Translations under genes and position numbers: made by a program
Shown: piece by piece, positions 28,958 to 38,528 of the stretch
How the letters are laid out: the number at the start of each line of letters is the position of its first letter
Position numbering within the stretch: the stretch's first letter is position 1
Notes under the pieces: model-generated
Told to the model about the DNA's origin: nothing
The model's input: the letters and a program-made list of their open reading frames with translations, nothing else
Databases searched by the model: none
Source of the DNA: Bacilli bacterium
Lineage (GTDB): Bacteria; Bacillota_I; Bacilli_A; RF39; UBA660
Assembly (NCBI GenBank): GCA_017404555.1
Contig: JAFRCD010000001.1
Location: 15,850 to 79,849 of the forward strand
Reading direction: 5' to 3'
Length of the DNA stretch: 64,000 nucleotides

Positions 28958-28986
28958 TTGACATCTAACAAAGTTGCATATATAAT
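28958..28986 (+). promoter_or_regulatory. consensus sigma-A promoter upstream of rpsP (TTGACA, 17-nt spacer, TATAAT)
   Basis: Perfect -35 and -10 hexamers with an optimal spacer. The RBS AGGAAG and ATG lie 30 nt downstream. Confidence 0.65.
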
Positions 28987-29015
28987 AACAAATATGAGAA
29001 AGGAAGTGGTACTTG

Positions 29016-29444
29016 ATGGCAGTAAAATTGAGATTAACCAGAATGGGAGCAAAGAAGAAACCCTTCTATCGAATTGTAGCTAGTGATTCTAGGAGACCTA
29101 GAGATGGTAAGTATCTAGAATTAATCGGAACTTATGATCCAAGTAGAAATCCAGCTGAAATTAAGATTGATGAAGAGAAAGCTTTAAAATGGTTGAATGT
29201 TGGAGCAACTCCTTCTGATACTGTTCGTAGTTTTTTAAGAGCTGAAGGTATTATGAAGAAATTTGCTGATAGTAAAGCTAAAAAAGCTCCAAAGAAAGAA
29301 GAAAAGAAAGAAGCTCCTAAGAAAACAGCAACTACTAAAAAAGCAACTCCAGCTAAAAAGACAACAACAGCTAAAACAACAACTAAAAAGGCAACTACAG
29401 CTAAGAAGACAACAACTAAAAAAACTGAGAAAAAGGATAAGTAA
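29016..29444 (+). CDS. rpsP: 30S ribosomal protein S16 with a Lys/Thr/Ala-rich C-terminal extension
   Basis: [21 protein letters not shown]...GTYDP is the canonical S16 core (about 90 aa). It is followed by roughly 50 aa of KKTTT/AKK repeats. Confidence 0.9.
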   Translation: MAVKLRLTRMGAKKKPFYRIVASDSRRPRDGKYLELIGTYDPSRNPAEIKIDEEKALKWLNVGATPSDTVRSFLRAEGIMKKFADSKAKKAPKKEEKKEAPKKTATTKKATPAKKTTTAKTTTKKATTAKKTTTKKTEKKDK

Positions 29445-29446
29445 TT

Positions 29447-29695
29447 ATGGATTTAGTAAGTTTAACAGAGAAAATAGTTAAATCAATTGTTGTAGATGAA
29501 GATGCTGTTAGTGTTAAAGAGTTCGATTCAGAAGATGAAAATACCATTCTAATTCAAGTTATTGTCAGTGAAGAAGACTTTGGTCGTGTTATTGGTAAAG
29601 GTGGAAAGACAGCTAATTCTATCAGAACTTTAGTACAAGCTAGTGCTTCTTTACATGATAAAAAGTTTGTAAAAATCGATATTGATAAATTTTAG
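29447..29695 (+). CDS. KH-domain RNA-binding protein (YlqC-like)
   Basis: It sits directly after rpsP, as ylqC does in Firmicutes. VIGKGGKTANSIRTL is the KH GXXG loop. Confidence 0.8.
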   Translation: MDLVSLTEKIVKSIVVDEDAVSVKEFDSEDENTILIQVIVSEEDFGRVIGKGGKTANSIRTLVQASASLHDKKFVKIDIDKF

Positions 29696-29719
29696 AAAGT
29701 GGATGCTTTCTTTTTTTTT
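29695..29719 (+). terminator. rho-independent terminator
   Basis: gaaag-tggatg-ctttc followed by a T9 run. Confidence 0.6.
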
Positions 29720-29761
29720 CTTTTTATATTATAATAATAAGAGAAAGGTCGGGGATGATTT

Positions 29762-30562
29762 GTGAAAAAACGAGTAATTAGTGCTTGTATCATTTTGGCG
29801 GTTTTAATACCACTTATTATAATTGGGAAAGAACCATTTGAAATATTTTGTGTTGTTATGGCATTGTGTTCAATGCATGAATTAATAAGAGTAAGGAAGA
29901 ATAAAAAAGATTTTCCTGTGATTTTAAAGATCTTTGCTTATTTATTGGTAGCTTTTTTAACTATGAATAATGCCGGTTCTGCAGACTTTAATTATTCAAT
30001 TGATTATAAAGTAATGAGCTTTATTATCTTTGCCTTTTTCTTACCAATGATCTTTGTTAATGATCATAAAAAGTATAATTTAAATGATGTTTTATTCTTA
30101 GTTGGTTCTACTTTATTTTTAGGACTAAGTTACAATCTTTTAATGATTGTTAGGAATAATGATATAACATATATTATATACTTATTATTAATAACATTCG
30201 TAACCGATACTTTTGCATATTTCAGTGGTATGTTAATAGGTTCTCATAAACTAGCACCTAATATATCACCAAAGAAAACTATTGAAGGACTTTGTGGTGG
30301 TGTTGTAGTTGGTACCTTAGTAGCGACAGTATACTATCATATGATTATTAATCCTAATTTTGGAGTTTTACCACTTATTGGTATTACTTTACTACTATGT
30401 ATAATTGGTCAACTTGGAGATCTTTGCTTCTCAGCTATTAAAAGATCATATAATGTTAAAGATTTCTCTAATCTTTTACCTGGACATGGAGGTATATTAG
30501 ATCGTTTTGATTCTTTAGTTTTTGTTTTATTAGCTTTTGTATTATTTATAGAAATTTTATAG
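29762..30562 (+). CDS. cdsA: phosphatidate cytidylyltransferase
   Basis: GTG start. A multi-TM protein with the C-terminal signature SxxKRxxxxKDxxxxxPGHGGxxDRxDS (SAIKRSYNVKDFSNLLPGHGGILDRFDS). Confidence 0.85.
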   Translation: MKKRVISACIILAVLIPLIIIGKEPFEIFCVVMALCSMHELIRVRKNKKDFPVILKIFAYLLVAFLTMNNAGSADFNYSIDYKVMSFIIFAFFLPMIFVNDHKKYNLNDVLFLVGSTLFLGLSYNLLMIVRNNDITYIIYLLLITFVTDTFAYFSGMLIGSHKLAPNISPKKTIEGLCGGVVVGTLVATVYYHMIINPNFGVLPLIGITLLLCIIGQLGDLCFSAIKRSYNVKDFSNLLPGHGGILDRFDSLVFVLLAFVLFIEIL

Positions 30563-30572
30563 GAGGATGGGC

Positions 30573-31610
30573 ATGACCATAATAATTTTTATCTTAATAT
30601 TAGGCGCTATTATCTTTGTACATGAATTAGGACATTTCCTATTTGCTAAAGCTAATGGTGTTTATGTCTATGAATTTGCTTTAGGAATGGGTCCTAAACT
30701 AATTAGTAAAAAAACCAAAGAAACAACTTATTCATTAAGACTTATTCCCATAGGTGGCTTTTGTCAACTAGCTGGTGAAGATACTGAAATGGATAAGGAT
30801 CATAAAGTTCCTAAGAATAGAACTTTGCAAGCTAAAAGTCCTTGGCAAAGATTTTTGATTATGTTCTTTGGAGCTGGATTTAATTTTATTTTTGCTATTT
30901 TGGTATTATTCTTTATTTCCTTGTTTGGAGGAAGTGCTGATTATAGACCAATAATAAGTACAGTAGAAAAAAATATGCCAGCAGTAGAAGCAGGAATTAA
31001 AAAAGGCGATATCATCAAGGAAATTGATGGTCACAAGATTAAAACCATTGATGATATTTCTCTTTATTTAGTTATTGCTCCTCATAATAAAGCTACTAAA
31101 ATAGTAGTTAATCGTGATGGTAAAAATATAACTTATAAAGTTCAAGCTAAAAAAGTTAAAGAAAAAGGAGAAAAGGTTTATCGTTATGGAATAGGTCTTG
31201 ATAGTAAAAAGAAACATGGTTTTATAAATGCTATTAAATATACTTATCATAAGACAGGAGCTATTTTTAGACAAATGGCCGTTACCTTAAAATCTCTATT
31301 TACTGGTGGAGTTAAATTAAATCAATTAAGTGGACCAGTTGGTATTTATTCCATTGTTGGTGAACAGAGTAAAGATGGTTTGGCTAGTATTCTTTACTTA
31401 ATGGCATTCTTAAGTATTAATGTTGGTTTTATTAATTTATTGCCTTTACCAGCTTTTGATGGAGGACATATTCTATTTATTATTATTGAAATGATTAAAG
31501 GTTCACCAGTTAAACCAGAGACAGAAAACATGATTCATACAATAGGATTATTCTTATTGATGGCTTTAATGGTCTATATTACGTTTAATGATATAATGAA
31601 ATTATTCTAA
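30573..31610 (+). CDS. rseP: RIP zinc metalloprotease RseP/RasP (site-2 protease)
   Basis: HELGHF zinc motif in TM1, a PDZ-like middle region, and a C-terminal LPLPAFDGG (LDG motif). Confidence 0.85.
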   Translation: MTIIIFILILGAIIFVHELGHFLFAKANGVYVYEFALGMGPKLISKKTKETTYSLRLIPIGGFCQLAGEDTEMDKDHKVPKNRTLQAKSPWQRFLIMFFGAGFNFIFAILVLFFISLFGGSADYRPIISTVEKNMPAVEAGIKKGDIIKEIDGHKIKTIDDISLYLVIAPHNKATKIVVNRDGKNITYKVQAKKVKEKGEKVYRYGIGLDSKKKHGFINAIKYTYHKTGAIFRQMAVTLKSLFTGGVKLNQLSGPVGIYSIVGEQSKDGLASILYLMAFLSINVGFINLLPLPAFDGGHILFIIIEMIKGSPVKPETENMIHTIGLFLLMALMVYITFNDIMKLF

Positions 31611-31634
31611 ATTAGGACTTGTCCTAATTTTTAT
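31611..31634 (+). terminator. rho-independent terminator
   Basis: attaggac-ttg-tcctaat followed by ttttt. Confidence 0.7.
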
Positions 31635-31698
31635 TTAAAATAATAGTTACATATAAAGAATAATATGATATAATCATAATATAATAGGAGGTAACCAT

Positions 31699-33498
31699 AT
31701 GATACGGAAAAACAAAAAAGGATTTACAATGGTTGAACTTTTAGCAACCATAGCTATAATAGCTGTTTTAACAACGCTAGCTATAGTGGGGGTAAACGGA
31801 GTAAGAAATTCCCTTAAGAGTAGTTATTACAAGCGAGTAGAAAAGCTGGTAGTAGCAGCGGGAATGGATTACTATAATGACCATAAAGGAGAACGACCTA
31901 TTAGAATTGGTCAATCTAGTCAAGTGGCACTATCAAAGTTGGAAGGTCAAGCTTATATTGAAGATGTTAAAGACTATACTAAACAATCATGTGATGCTAC
32001 TGAAAGTTATGTTTCAATAACTAAGACAAGTGAAAAAAAATATGAATATGATACATATTTAATATGTCCAGACCGTCTTGAAGATGATGTGCCCGAAGAC
32101 AAAAAAATAGATCCCAATATAGGAGAGGCAACAGACTGTAGTGACATGTTATCATCTGATGCCACGGATTCTGAATGGTCACATACAAGTACAAACTTAA
32201 GAGCAACCTTAACACCTGATATTACAGAATATATACTTCAAAAGAAAACTAGTAAGGGATGGGAAACTATTGGAGAGACTCATAAAGCTGACTATACACT
32301 TGCTATAAGTGATAATGGAATTTCTACTTATCGAGCAAGAGGAACAGGGACTAATGGTAAGTATTGTACTAGTAATACTGTTAATATAAAAATAGATAAA
32401 GATAATCCAAGATGTGGAGATGTAACTGGAGAAAGTACCAGTTGGACAAAGAGCCCTAGAACAATATCAATTGCTTGTTCAGATGGTGAAAAAGAAAGTG
32501 GTTGTGTTGAACCTACATATCAACATACTTTCTCAGCAGATACTAAAGTTGGAACTATAACTATTGCTGATAAAGCTGGTAATACTACTAATTGTCCTGT
32601 TAATGCTTATGTTGATACAACACCTCCAACTTGTGGTACTGCAACAGGAACAAGTACTAGTTGGACAAAGAGTAGTAGAACAATAACTCAACCTTGTACA
32701 GATAATTTAAGTGTTTGTAATAGTGTTCCTGCCACTTATTCAACAACTACTAAAACAGCTTCAGTAACAGTAACTGATAGTGCTGGAAATTCAAAAACAT
32801 GTCCAGCTTATAATGTTTATGTTGATACAACAGCTCCAACTTGTGGAAGTGCATCAGGTGGTGGTACTTCTTCAGCGCATAAGTTTGGTAATGTAACAGT
32901 TTCAGTAGGATGCTCTGATAGCCATAGTGGTTGTGGAAGTAGTTCATACAGTAAAACTTTCTCACCAACTACTACGACTAGTACAATTGCGATAGCTGAT
33001 AAAGCTGGTAATAGTAGAAGCTGTTCTGTTAATGTTTATAGTTATCCATGTAGTGCTCCAACAGTAAGTGGTTCAGTAGCATCAACTAGAAAATGTCCTT
33101 ATAATGGTGAAACTTTATCAAATACTAAAATAGTAACCTTTACAGTTGGTGGTTGTAGAAATGGTATGACAAGCTCTAATAGTTATATATGCTATTATAA
33201 TAAATCGTCAACAACAGCTTCTGGATGGTCAAGTCAACAAAAACGTCATGATAAAATTGTTTCAATTGGTTGTGGTAAAGTAAAATGTGGTTATCATTCA
33301 AGTAACTGGCATGGTAGCTGCATTAGTTCTAGTAACCATGGTGCTTTCACAGGTAGTGGTACTAAATGGAGTCTAAACCGTTCAACAGAGTGTGCTTACA
33401 TTAAAGCAGTAAGTAGTGGTGGTACTAAAGAGATGACTTGTAACATGAGTACTGGAAAATGTGTAACTGGTGTATCTGCTATGATAAGTAACTGTTAA
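31699..33498 (+). CDS. large type IV pilin-like protein (prepilin N-terminus plus three Cys-rich Ig-like modules), paralog A
   Basis: Class III signal KKGFTMVELLATIAIIAVLTTLAIVG (cleavage G|FTxxE). Repeated modules of about 65 aa carry paired Cys and TDxAGN-type motifs. Confidence 0.7.
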   Translation: MIRKNKKGFTMVELLATIAIIAVLTTLAIVGVNGVRNSLKSSYYKRVEKLVVAAGMDYYNDHKGERPIRIGQSSQVALSKLEGQAYIEDVKDYTKQSCDATESYVSITKTSEKKYEYDTYLICPDRLEDDVPEDKKIDPNIGEATDCSDMLSSDATDSEWSHTSTNLRATLTPDITEYILQKKTSKGWETIGETHKADYTLAISDNGISTYRARGTGTNGKYCTSNTVNIKIDKDNPRCGDVTGESTSWTKSPRTISIACSDGEKESGCVEPTYQHTFSADTKVGTITIADKAGNTTNCPVNAYVDTTPPTCGTATGTSTSWTKSSRTITQPCTDNLSVCNSVPATYSTTTKTASVTVTDSAGNSKTCPAYNVYVDTTAPTCGSASGGGTSSAHKFGNVTVSVGCSDSHSGCGSSSYSKTFSPTTTTSTIAIADKAGNSRSCSVNVYSYPCSAPTVSGSVASTRKCPYNGETLSNTKIVTFTVGGCRNGMTSSNSYICYYNKSSTTASGWSSQQKRHDKIVSIGCGKVKCGYHSSNWHGSCISSSNHGAFTGSGTKWSLNRSTECAYIKAVSSGGTKEMTCNMSTGKCVTGVSAMISNC

Positions 33499-33510
33499 TG
33501 AATGAGTATA

Positions 33511-33538
33511 AAAAACTAGGAATATATCCTGGTTTTTT
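33511..33538 (+). terminator. rho-independent terminator
   Basis: aaaaaactagga-atatat-cctggtttttt. Confidence 0.65.
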
Positions 33539-33583
33539 CTTGCTTATAATACTGTATATGCTATAATTATAATAGGTGGTAGA

Positions 33584-35395
33584 ATGAAAAAGAAAAAAGG
33601 GTTTACAATGGTTGAACTTTTAGCAACCCTAGCTATAATAGCTGCTTTAACAACTCTAGCTATAGTAGGAGTAAATACAGTAAGAACAGCTCTTAAAAAC
33701 AGTTATTATAATAGAGTAAAAAAATTAGTAATAGCGGCGGGAATTGATTATTATAATGATCATAAGAGTGAACGACCTGTTAGAATCAATCAAACTAATA
33801 AAGTGGCACTTATAGACTTACAAAATGAAGATTATATTGAAAAGGTTAAGGATTATGCCAAGGAAGTGTGTGATCCTGATAATAGTGAGCTTATTACTGA
33901 TAAAAGTTATGTTGTAATAACTAAAAAAAGCACGAAAAAATATAGTTATCAAGTTTATTTAAATTGTCCTAATTATAGTGATGGTGATCCTCAAGAAGAA
34001 AATCCAAATCCAAATGTAGGAGAAGCAACTGACTGTAGTAATATGTTAAGATCAAATGCTACGGGTTCTGGTTGGTCACATACAAGTATAGACTTAACAG
34101 CAACCTTAACACCAGATATTACAGAATATATAATTCAAAAGCAAAATGGTGACAAATGGGAAACTATTGGTTCAACCCATACTGGCGATACTACACTTAC
34201 TATAAGTGATAATGGAGTTTCTACTTATCGAGCATTAGGAACAGGAACTAATGGTAAGTATTGTACTAGTAATACTGTTAATATACAAATAGATAAAGAT
34301 AATCCAAGATGTGGTGCAATAGAAGGAGCAAGCACTAATTGGACAAAGAGTCCTAGACTAATTAAAATTAAATGTTCAGATGGTGAAAATGAAAGTGGTT
34401 GTGTTCAAGATGAATATCAACACACATTCTCTGCAGATACCAAAGTTGGAACTATAACTATTGCTGATAATGCTGGAAATACCACTGATTGTCCTGTTAA
34501 TGCTTATATTGATACAACACCTCCAACTTGTGGAACTCCAACCGGAACAAGCACTAGTTGGACAAAGAGCCCTAGAACAATAACTCAGCCTTGTAGTGAT
34601 AATGTAAGTGGTTGTAATAGTGTTCCTGCCACTTATTCAACAACTACTAAAACAGCTTCAGTAACAGTAGTTGATGGTGCTGGAAATTCAAAAACATGTC
34701 CAGCTTATGATGTTTATGTTGATACAACACTTCCAACCTGTGGAACAGCAACTGGTGGTGGTACTTCTTCAGCGCATAAGTTTGGTAATGTAACTGTTTC
34801 TCAACCATGTTCTGATAGTCATAGTGGTTGTGTAAAAACTCCATATAGTAAAACCTTCTCACCAACTACTACGACTAGTACAATTGCGATAGCTGATAAA
34901 GCTGGTAATAGTAGAAACTGTACTGTTAACGTTTATAGTTATCCGTGTGGTGCTCCAACAGTAAGTGGCTCAGTAGCAACCACTAGAAAATGTCCTTATA
35001 ATGGTGAAACTTTATCAAATACTAAAACAGTAACCTTTACAGTTGGTGGTTGTAGAAATGGTATGACAAGCTCTAATAGTTACATATGTCACTATAACAC
35101 CAAATCAACAGTTGCTACTGGCTGGTCGAGCGATCAAAAACACCATAATAAAATTGTGGAAATCGGTTGTGGTAAAGTAAAATGTGGTTATCATTCAAGT
35201 AACTGGCATGGTAGTTGTAAAAGTTCTACCAATCATGGGGCTTTCACAGGTAGTGGTACTAAATGGAGTCTTAATCGTTCAACAGAGTGTACATACATTA
35301 AAGCGGTAAGTGATGGTGGTACTAAAGAAATGACTTGTAATATGGGTACAGGAAAATGTGTAACAGGCGTATCTAATATGATAAAGAACTGCTAA
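33584..35395 (+). CDS. large type IV pilin-like protein, paralog B
   Basis: Same prepilin N-terminus (KKGFTMVELLATLAIIAALTTLAIVG). It is collinear with paralog A, and long DNA stretches are near-identical. Confidence 0.7.
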   Translation: MKKKKGFTMVELLATLAIIAALTTLAIVGVNTVRTALKNSYYNRVKKLVIAAGIDYYNDHKSERPVRINQTNKVALIDLQNEDYIEKVKDYAKEVCDPDNSELITDKSYVVITKKSTKKYSYQVYLNCPNYSDGDPQEENPNPNVGEATDCSNMLRSNATGSGWSHTSIDLTATLTPDITEYIIQKQNGDKWETIGSTHTGDTTLTISDNGVSTYRALGTGTNGKYCTSNTVNIQIDKDNPRCGAIEGASTNWTKSPRLIKIKCSDGENESGCVQDEYQHTFSADTKVGTITIADNAGNTTDCPVNAYIDTTPPTCGTPTGTSTSWTKSPRTITQPCSDNVSGCNSVPATYSTTTKTASVTVVDGAGNSKTCPAYDVYVDTTLPTCGTATGGGTSSAHKFGNVTVSQPCSDSHSGCVKTPYSKTFSPTTTTSTIAIADKAGNSRNCTVNVYSYPCGAPTVSGSVATTRKCPYNGETLSNTKTVTFTVGGCRNGMTSSNSYICHYNTKSTVATGWSSDQKHHNKIVEIGCGKVKCGYHSSNWHGSCKSSTNHGAFTGSGTKWSLNRSTECTYIKAVSDGGTKEMTCNMGTGKCVTGVSNMIKNC

Positions 35396-35409
35396 TAAAA
35401 AAATAAAAT

Positions 35410-35432
35410 CTAGGATAATCCTAGGTTTTTTT
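35410..35432 (+). terminator. rho-independent terminator
   Basis: ctagga-taa-tcctag followed by g and a T7 run. Confidence 0.65.
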
Positions 35433-35506
35433 CTTTTGCCCTTGTTTTATTTTTAAAATGATATATAATAAAAAGCAATACGTATTTTTGGGAGGTGAAA
35501 TCATAT

Positions 35507-37813
35507 ATGAAGTCTAACAAATTAGGAGTCCTACTTGTCAATGATATGGTTTTATTCCCAGGTGCTGAAATTCGTTTTGAGATTGACAACCTTGAACAAA
35601 GACAGATTATTTCAGTAGCAGAAGCTACAGAAGAAAAAGAAATATTAGTTGTCAATCCAATTGAAAATAACTTAGACAGTTTAGATATTACAATGCTTCC
35701 AACAGTTGGGGTAGTCGCTTCCTTAAAATTAAAAATGGATATTCCTAATGGTAAAACTAAAATAGTTTTAAAAGGTCTTCGTAGGGTAAAAGTAGACAGC
35801 TATTATCTTAATAATAGTTATTATGAAGCTACTACTAAAAAACTTGTTAAAAGAATTGATAAAGAAGACGAAGCTATGTATAGAGATATTTTAATTAAAG
35901 GCTTCGATAAATATATTGAAAATGTCCCCTATGTATCTAATGCCATTATGGCTCAACTAAAATACGTAGAAAAACTTAAAGAAATGACTGATATGATTGC
36001 GAACTTTTTACCTATTAGTTATGATAAAAAGAAGAAATATATTTTAGAATCTAGTCCTATTCTTAGAACAACAATGCTTATTGAAGACATGAACGATGAT
36101 ATTAAGTATGTTGAGTTGGAACGTAAGATTGAACAAGAAGTTGAAAAAGAATTAAATGATACCCAAAAAGAATTCTTCTTAAGAGAAAAAATAAAAACTA
36201 TTCAAAAAGAATTAGGAGATGTTTCTTCTAAAGAAGATGAAGTAGAACGCTTAGAGAAAAAACTTAGGTCTTTGAAATGTTCTAAAAGAGTAAAAGATCG
36301 TATTAAAAGAGAGATTGATCGTTACAAGAATGTTAATTCTAATTCTCCGGAATTAGGAATGATTAGAGATTATTTAGATTGGATGCTTAATTTACCTTGG
36401 CAGAAATATACTAAAGATAATGAAGATTTAGATGCGGTTAAACATGTTTTAGATACTTCGCACTTTGGTCTTGAAGATGTTAAAACTAGAATAATTGAGT
36501 ATTTGGCAGTTAAACAAAATACTAATAATTTAAAAAGTCCCATTATTTGTTTGGTAGGTCCTCCTGGTGTTGGTAAAACATCTTTAGCATTTTCTATTGC
36601 TAAGAGCTTAAATCGTAAATATACCAAAATAAGTGTAGGTGGTATTAATGATGAAGCTGAAATAGTAGGACATAGAAGAACTTATGTTGGTGCTTGTCCA
36701 GGAAGAATAATTTCCGGTATTAGAAAAGCAGAATCTACTAATCCAGTCTTTATTATTGATGAAATTGATAAATTAAGAAAAGATTTAAAGGGAGATCCAG
36801 CTAGTTCTTTATTAGAGGTTTTAGATCCTGAACAAAATTCTAAGTTCTCTGATCATTATATAGAAGAAGAATTTGATCTTTCCCAAGTAATGTTTATCGC
36901 GACAGCTAATTATATGGAACAAATCCCCCTAGAATTAAGAGATCGTTTAGAAATAATTGAACTATCTAGTTATACTGAATATGAAAAAGTTGATATTGCG
37001 ATGAACTATTTAATTCCCAAGAACTTGGAATCACATGGTTTAACTGAGTTAGAAGTTCAATTTGATGAAAAAGCTATTCTTTCATTGATTCGTAACTATA
37101 CTAAAGAAGCAGGCGTAAGAGAATTAGAAAGAGTAATATCATCACTACTAAGAAAGATAGTTAAAAAACTTTTAACTGACAAGAAGACCGCTGCTTACCA
37201 AATAGATACTAAGAAAGTAGTAGAGTTCTTAGGTCATGGTAAATATGAATACTCTAAACCTACTAAAGTTGATGAAGTAGGAGTTGTTAATGGTTTGGCT
37301 TATACAGTTTTTGGTGGTGATGTCTTACCGATTGAAGTAACTTCTTATAAAGGTAAAGGGAAACTTCTTTTAACTGGTAGTTTAGGTGATGTTATGAAAG
37401 AGTCAGCTAAGATTGCCTTAAGTTATATTAAGACCAATGCCAAAACATTTGGAATAGATTTTAAAGTGTTTGAAGAAAACGATATTCATATTCATGTTCC
37501 AGAAGGAGCAGTTAATAAAGATGGTCCTTCAGCAGGTATTACGCTAACTACAGCTCTTATTTCTCTTTTCACTAATAAAAAAGTTTCTTCTGATATAGCG
37601 ATGACTGGAGAAATAACCTTAAGGGGGCAAATATTACCTATTGGTGGTTTGAAAGAAAAGATAATAGGAGCCAAAAGAAATGGTATTAAAGAGATTTTTA
37701 TTCCTAAAGATAATAAAAAAGATTTAGAAGAAATCGATAAAGAATTAACTAAATCAGTAAAATTTATTTTAGTTGATAAATATCTTGATATTTATAAAAA
37801 GATATTTAAATAA
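35507..37813 (+). CDS. lon: ATP-dependent Lon protease (LonA)
   Basis: Lon N-domain, AAA+ motifs GPPGVGKTS and FIIDEIDK, and a proteolytic domain with the DGPSAG catalytic Ser and PIGGLKEK Lys. Confidence 0.9.
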   Translation: MKSNKLGVLLVNDMVLFPGAEIRFEIDNLEQRQIISVAEATEEKEILVVNPIENNLDSLDITMLPTVGVVASLKLKMDIPNGKTKIVLKGLRRVKVDSYYLNNSYYEATTKKLVKRIDKEDEAMYRDILIKGFDKYIENVPYVSNAIMAQLKYVEKLKEMTDMIANFLPISYDKKKKYILESSPILRTTMLIEDMNDDIKYVELERKIEQEVEKELNDTQKEFFLREKIKTIQKELGDVSSKEDEVERLEKKLRSLKCSKRVKDRIKREIDRYKNVNSNSPELGMIRDYLDWMLNLPWQKYTKDNEDLDAVKHVLDTSHFGLEDVKTRIIEYLAVKQNTNNLKSPIICLVGPPGVGKTSLAFSIAKSLNRKYTKISVGGINDEAEIVGHRRTYVGACPGRIISGIRKAESTNPVFIIDEIDKLRKDLKGDPASSLLEVLDPEQNSKFSDHYIEEEFDLSQVMFIATANYMEQIPLELRDRLEIIELSSYTEYEKVDIAMNYLIPKNLESHGLTELEVQFDEKAILSLIRNYTKEAGVRELERVISSLLRKIVKKLLTDKKTAAYQIDTKKVVEFLGHGKYEYSKPTKVDEVGVVNGLAYTVFGGDVLPIEVTSYKGKGKLLLTGSLGDVMKESAKIALSYIKTNAKTFGIDFKVFEENDIHIHVPEGAVNKDGPSAGITLTTALISLFTNKKVSSDIAMTGEITLRGQILPIGGLKEKIIGAKRNGIKEIFIPKDNKKDLEEIDKELTKSVKFILVDKYLDIYKKIFK

Positions 37814-37814
37814 A

Positions 37815-37843
37815 AAGAGTTAGTATTATTCTAACTCTTTTTT
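37815..37843 (+). terminator. rho-independent terminator
   Basis: aagagttag-tattatt-ctaactctttttt. Confidence 0.7.
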
Positions 37844-37871
37844 CATATTATTTTATAGAGGAGGAACAAAA

Positions 37872-38528
37872 ATGAGAAAAACAATATCTTTACAAAAAGA
37901 ATTAACTTTTCCTACTATGATAGGAGAAATTAGTAGTATAGCTTTAGATAATAATCTTAAATTTATTAATTCTAATAAAATAGAAGGTGATTTAGTAGTA
38001 AGCGGTACTTACAAAATGACTGAGGCATCAAGAATTACTGAAGACTTTAATTATAGTATTCCTACCGAAATAGAATTAACTGAAAACCTGGAATTAGAAA
38101 CAGCCGCTATTGATATTGATGACTTTACTTATGAAATAATAGAGGAAGATATCTTATTATGTAAAATAGACCTTTTAGTGGAAGGCGTAGAAGAAACAGA
38201 TAGTTTAGAAGAAGAAATAAAAAAAGAAATAGTTGAAGAAGTACCTACAGTAGAAGAAGTTAGTAGTGAAGAAATAGAAAGAGCATGTGATGGTGGTGCT
38301 TTAGAAGAAGAAAAAGAACCAATTGAATTGAATTCACTATTCTCTAATTTAGATGATGATAGTTTTAAACCATATACAGTTTATATTGTTAGAGAAAATG
38401 ATACAGTTGAAGGAATCATGGAAAAGTATAATGTTACTAAAGAAGAATTACTAAAGTATAATGATCTTGATAAGGTAAGTTTAAATACTAAATTGATTAT
38501 ACCAACTACTAATACCAATGAAGATTAA
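37872..38528 (+). CDS. SpoVID-like protein (SpoVID-type N-terminal region, acidic linker, C-terminal LysM)
   Basis: The N-terminus (SLQKELTFPTMIGEISSIALD) resembles the SpoVID N-domain. The C-terminus (YTVYIVRENDTVEGIMEKYNVTKEELLKYNDL) is a LysM domain. The position after lon is reminiscent of the B. subtilis lonA...spoVID region. Confidence 0.45.
   Translation: MRKTISLQKELTFPTMIGEISSIALDNNLKFINSNKIEGDLVVSGTYKMTEASRITEDFNYSIPTEIELTENLELETAAIDIDDFTYEIIEEDILLCKIDLLVEGVEETDSLEEEIKKEIVEEVPTVEEVSSEEIERACDGGALEEEKEPIELNSLFSNLDDDSFKPYTVYIVRENDTVEGIMEKYNVTKEELLKYNDLDKVSLNTKLIIPTTNTNED

Noticed and set aside
29263-29481. 72-aa highly basic ORF ([11 protein letters not shown]...)
   Set aside because: It is an alternative frame of the Lys/Thr-repeat tail of rpsP. 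It is a repeat artefact with no RBS.
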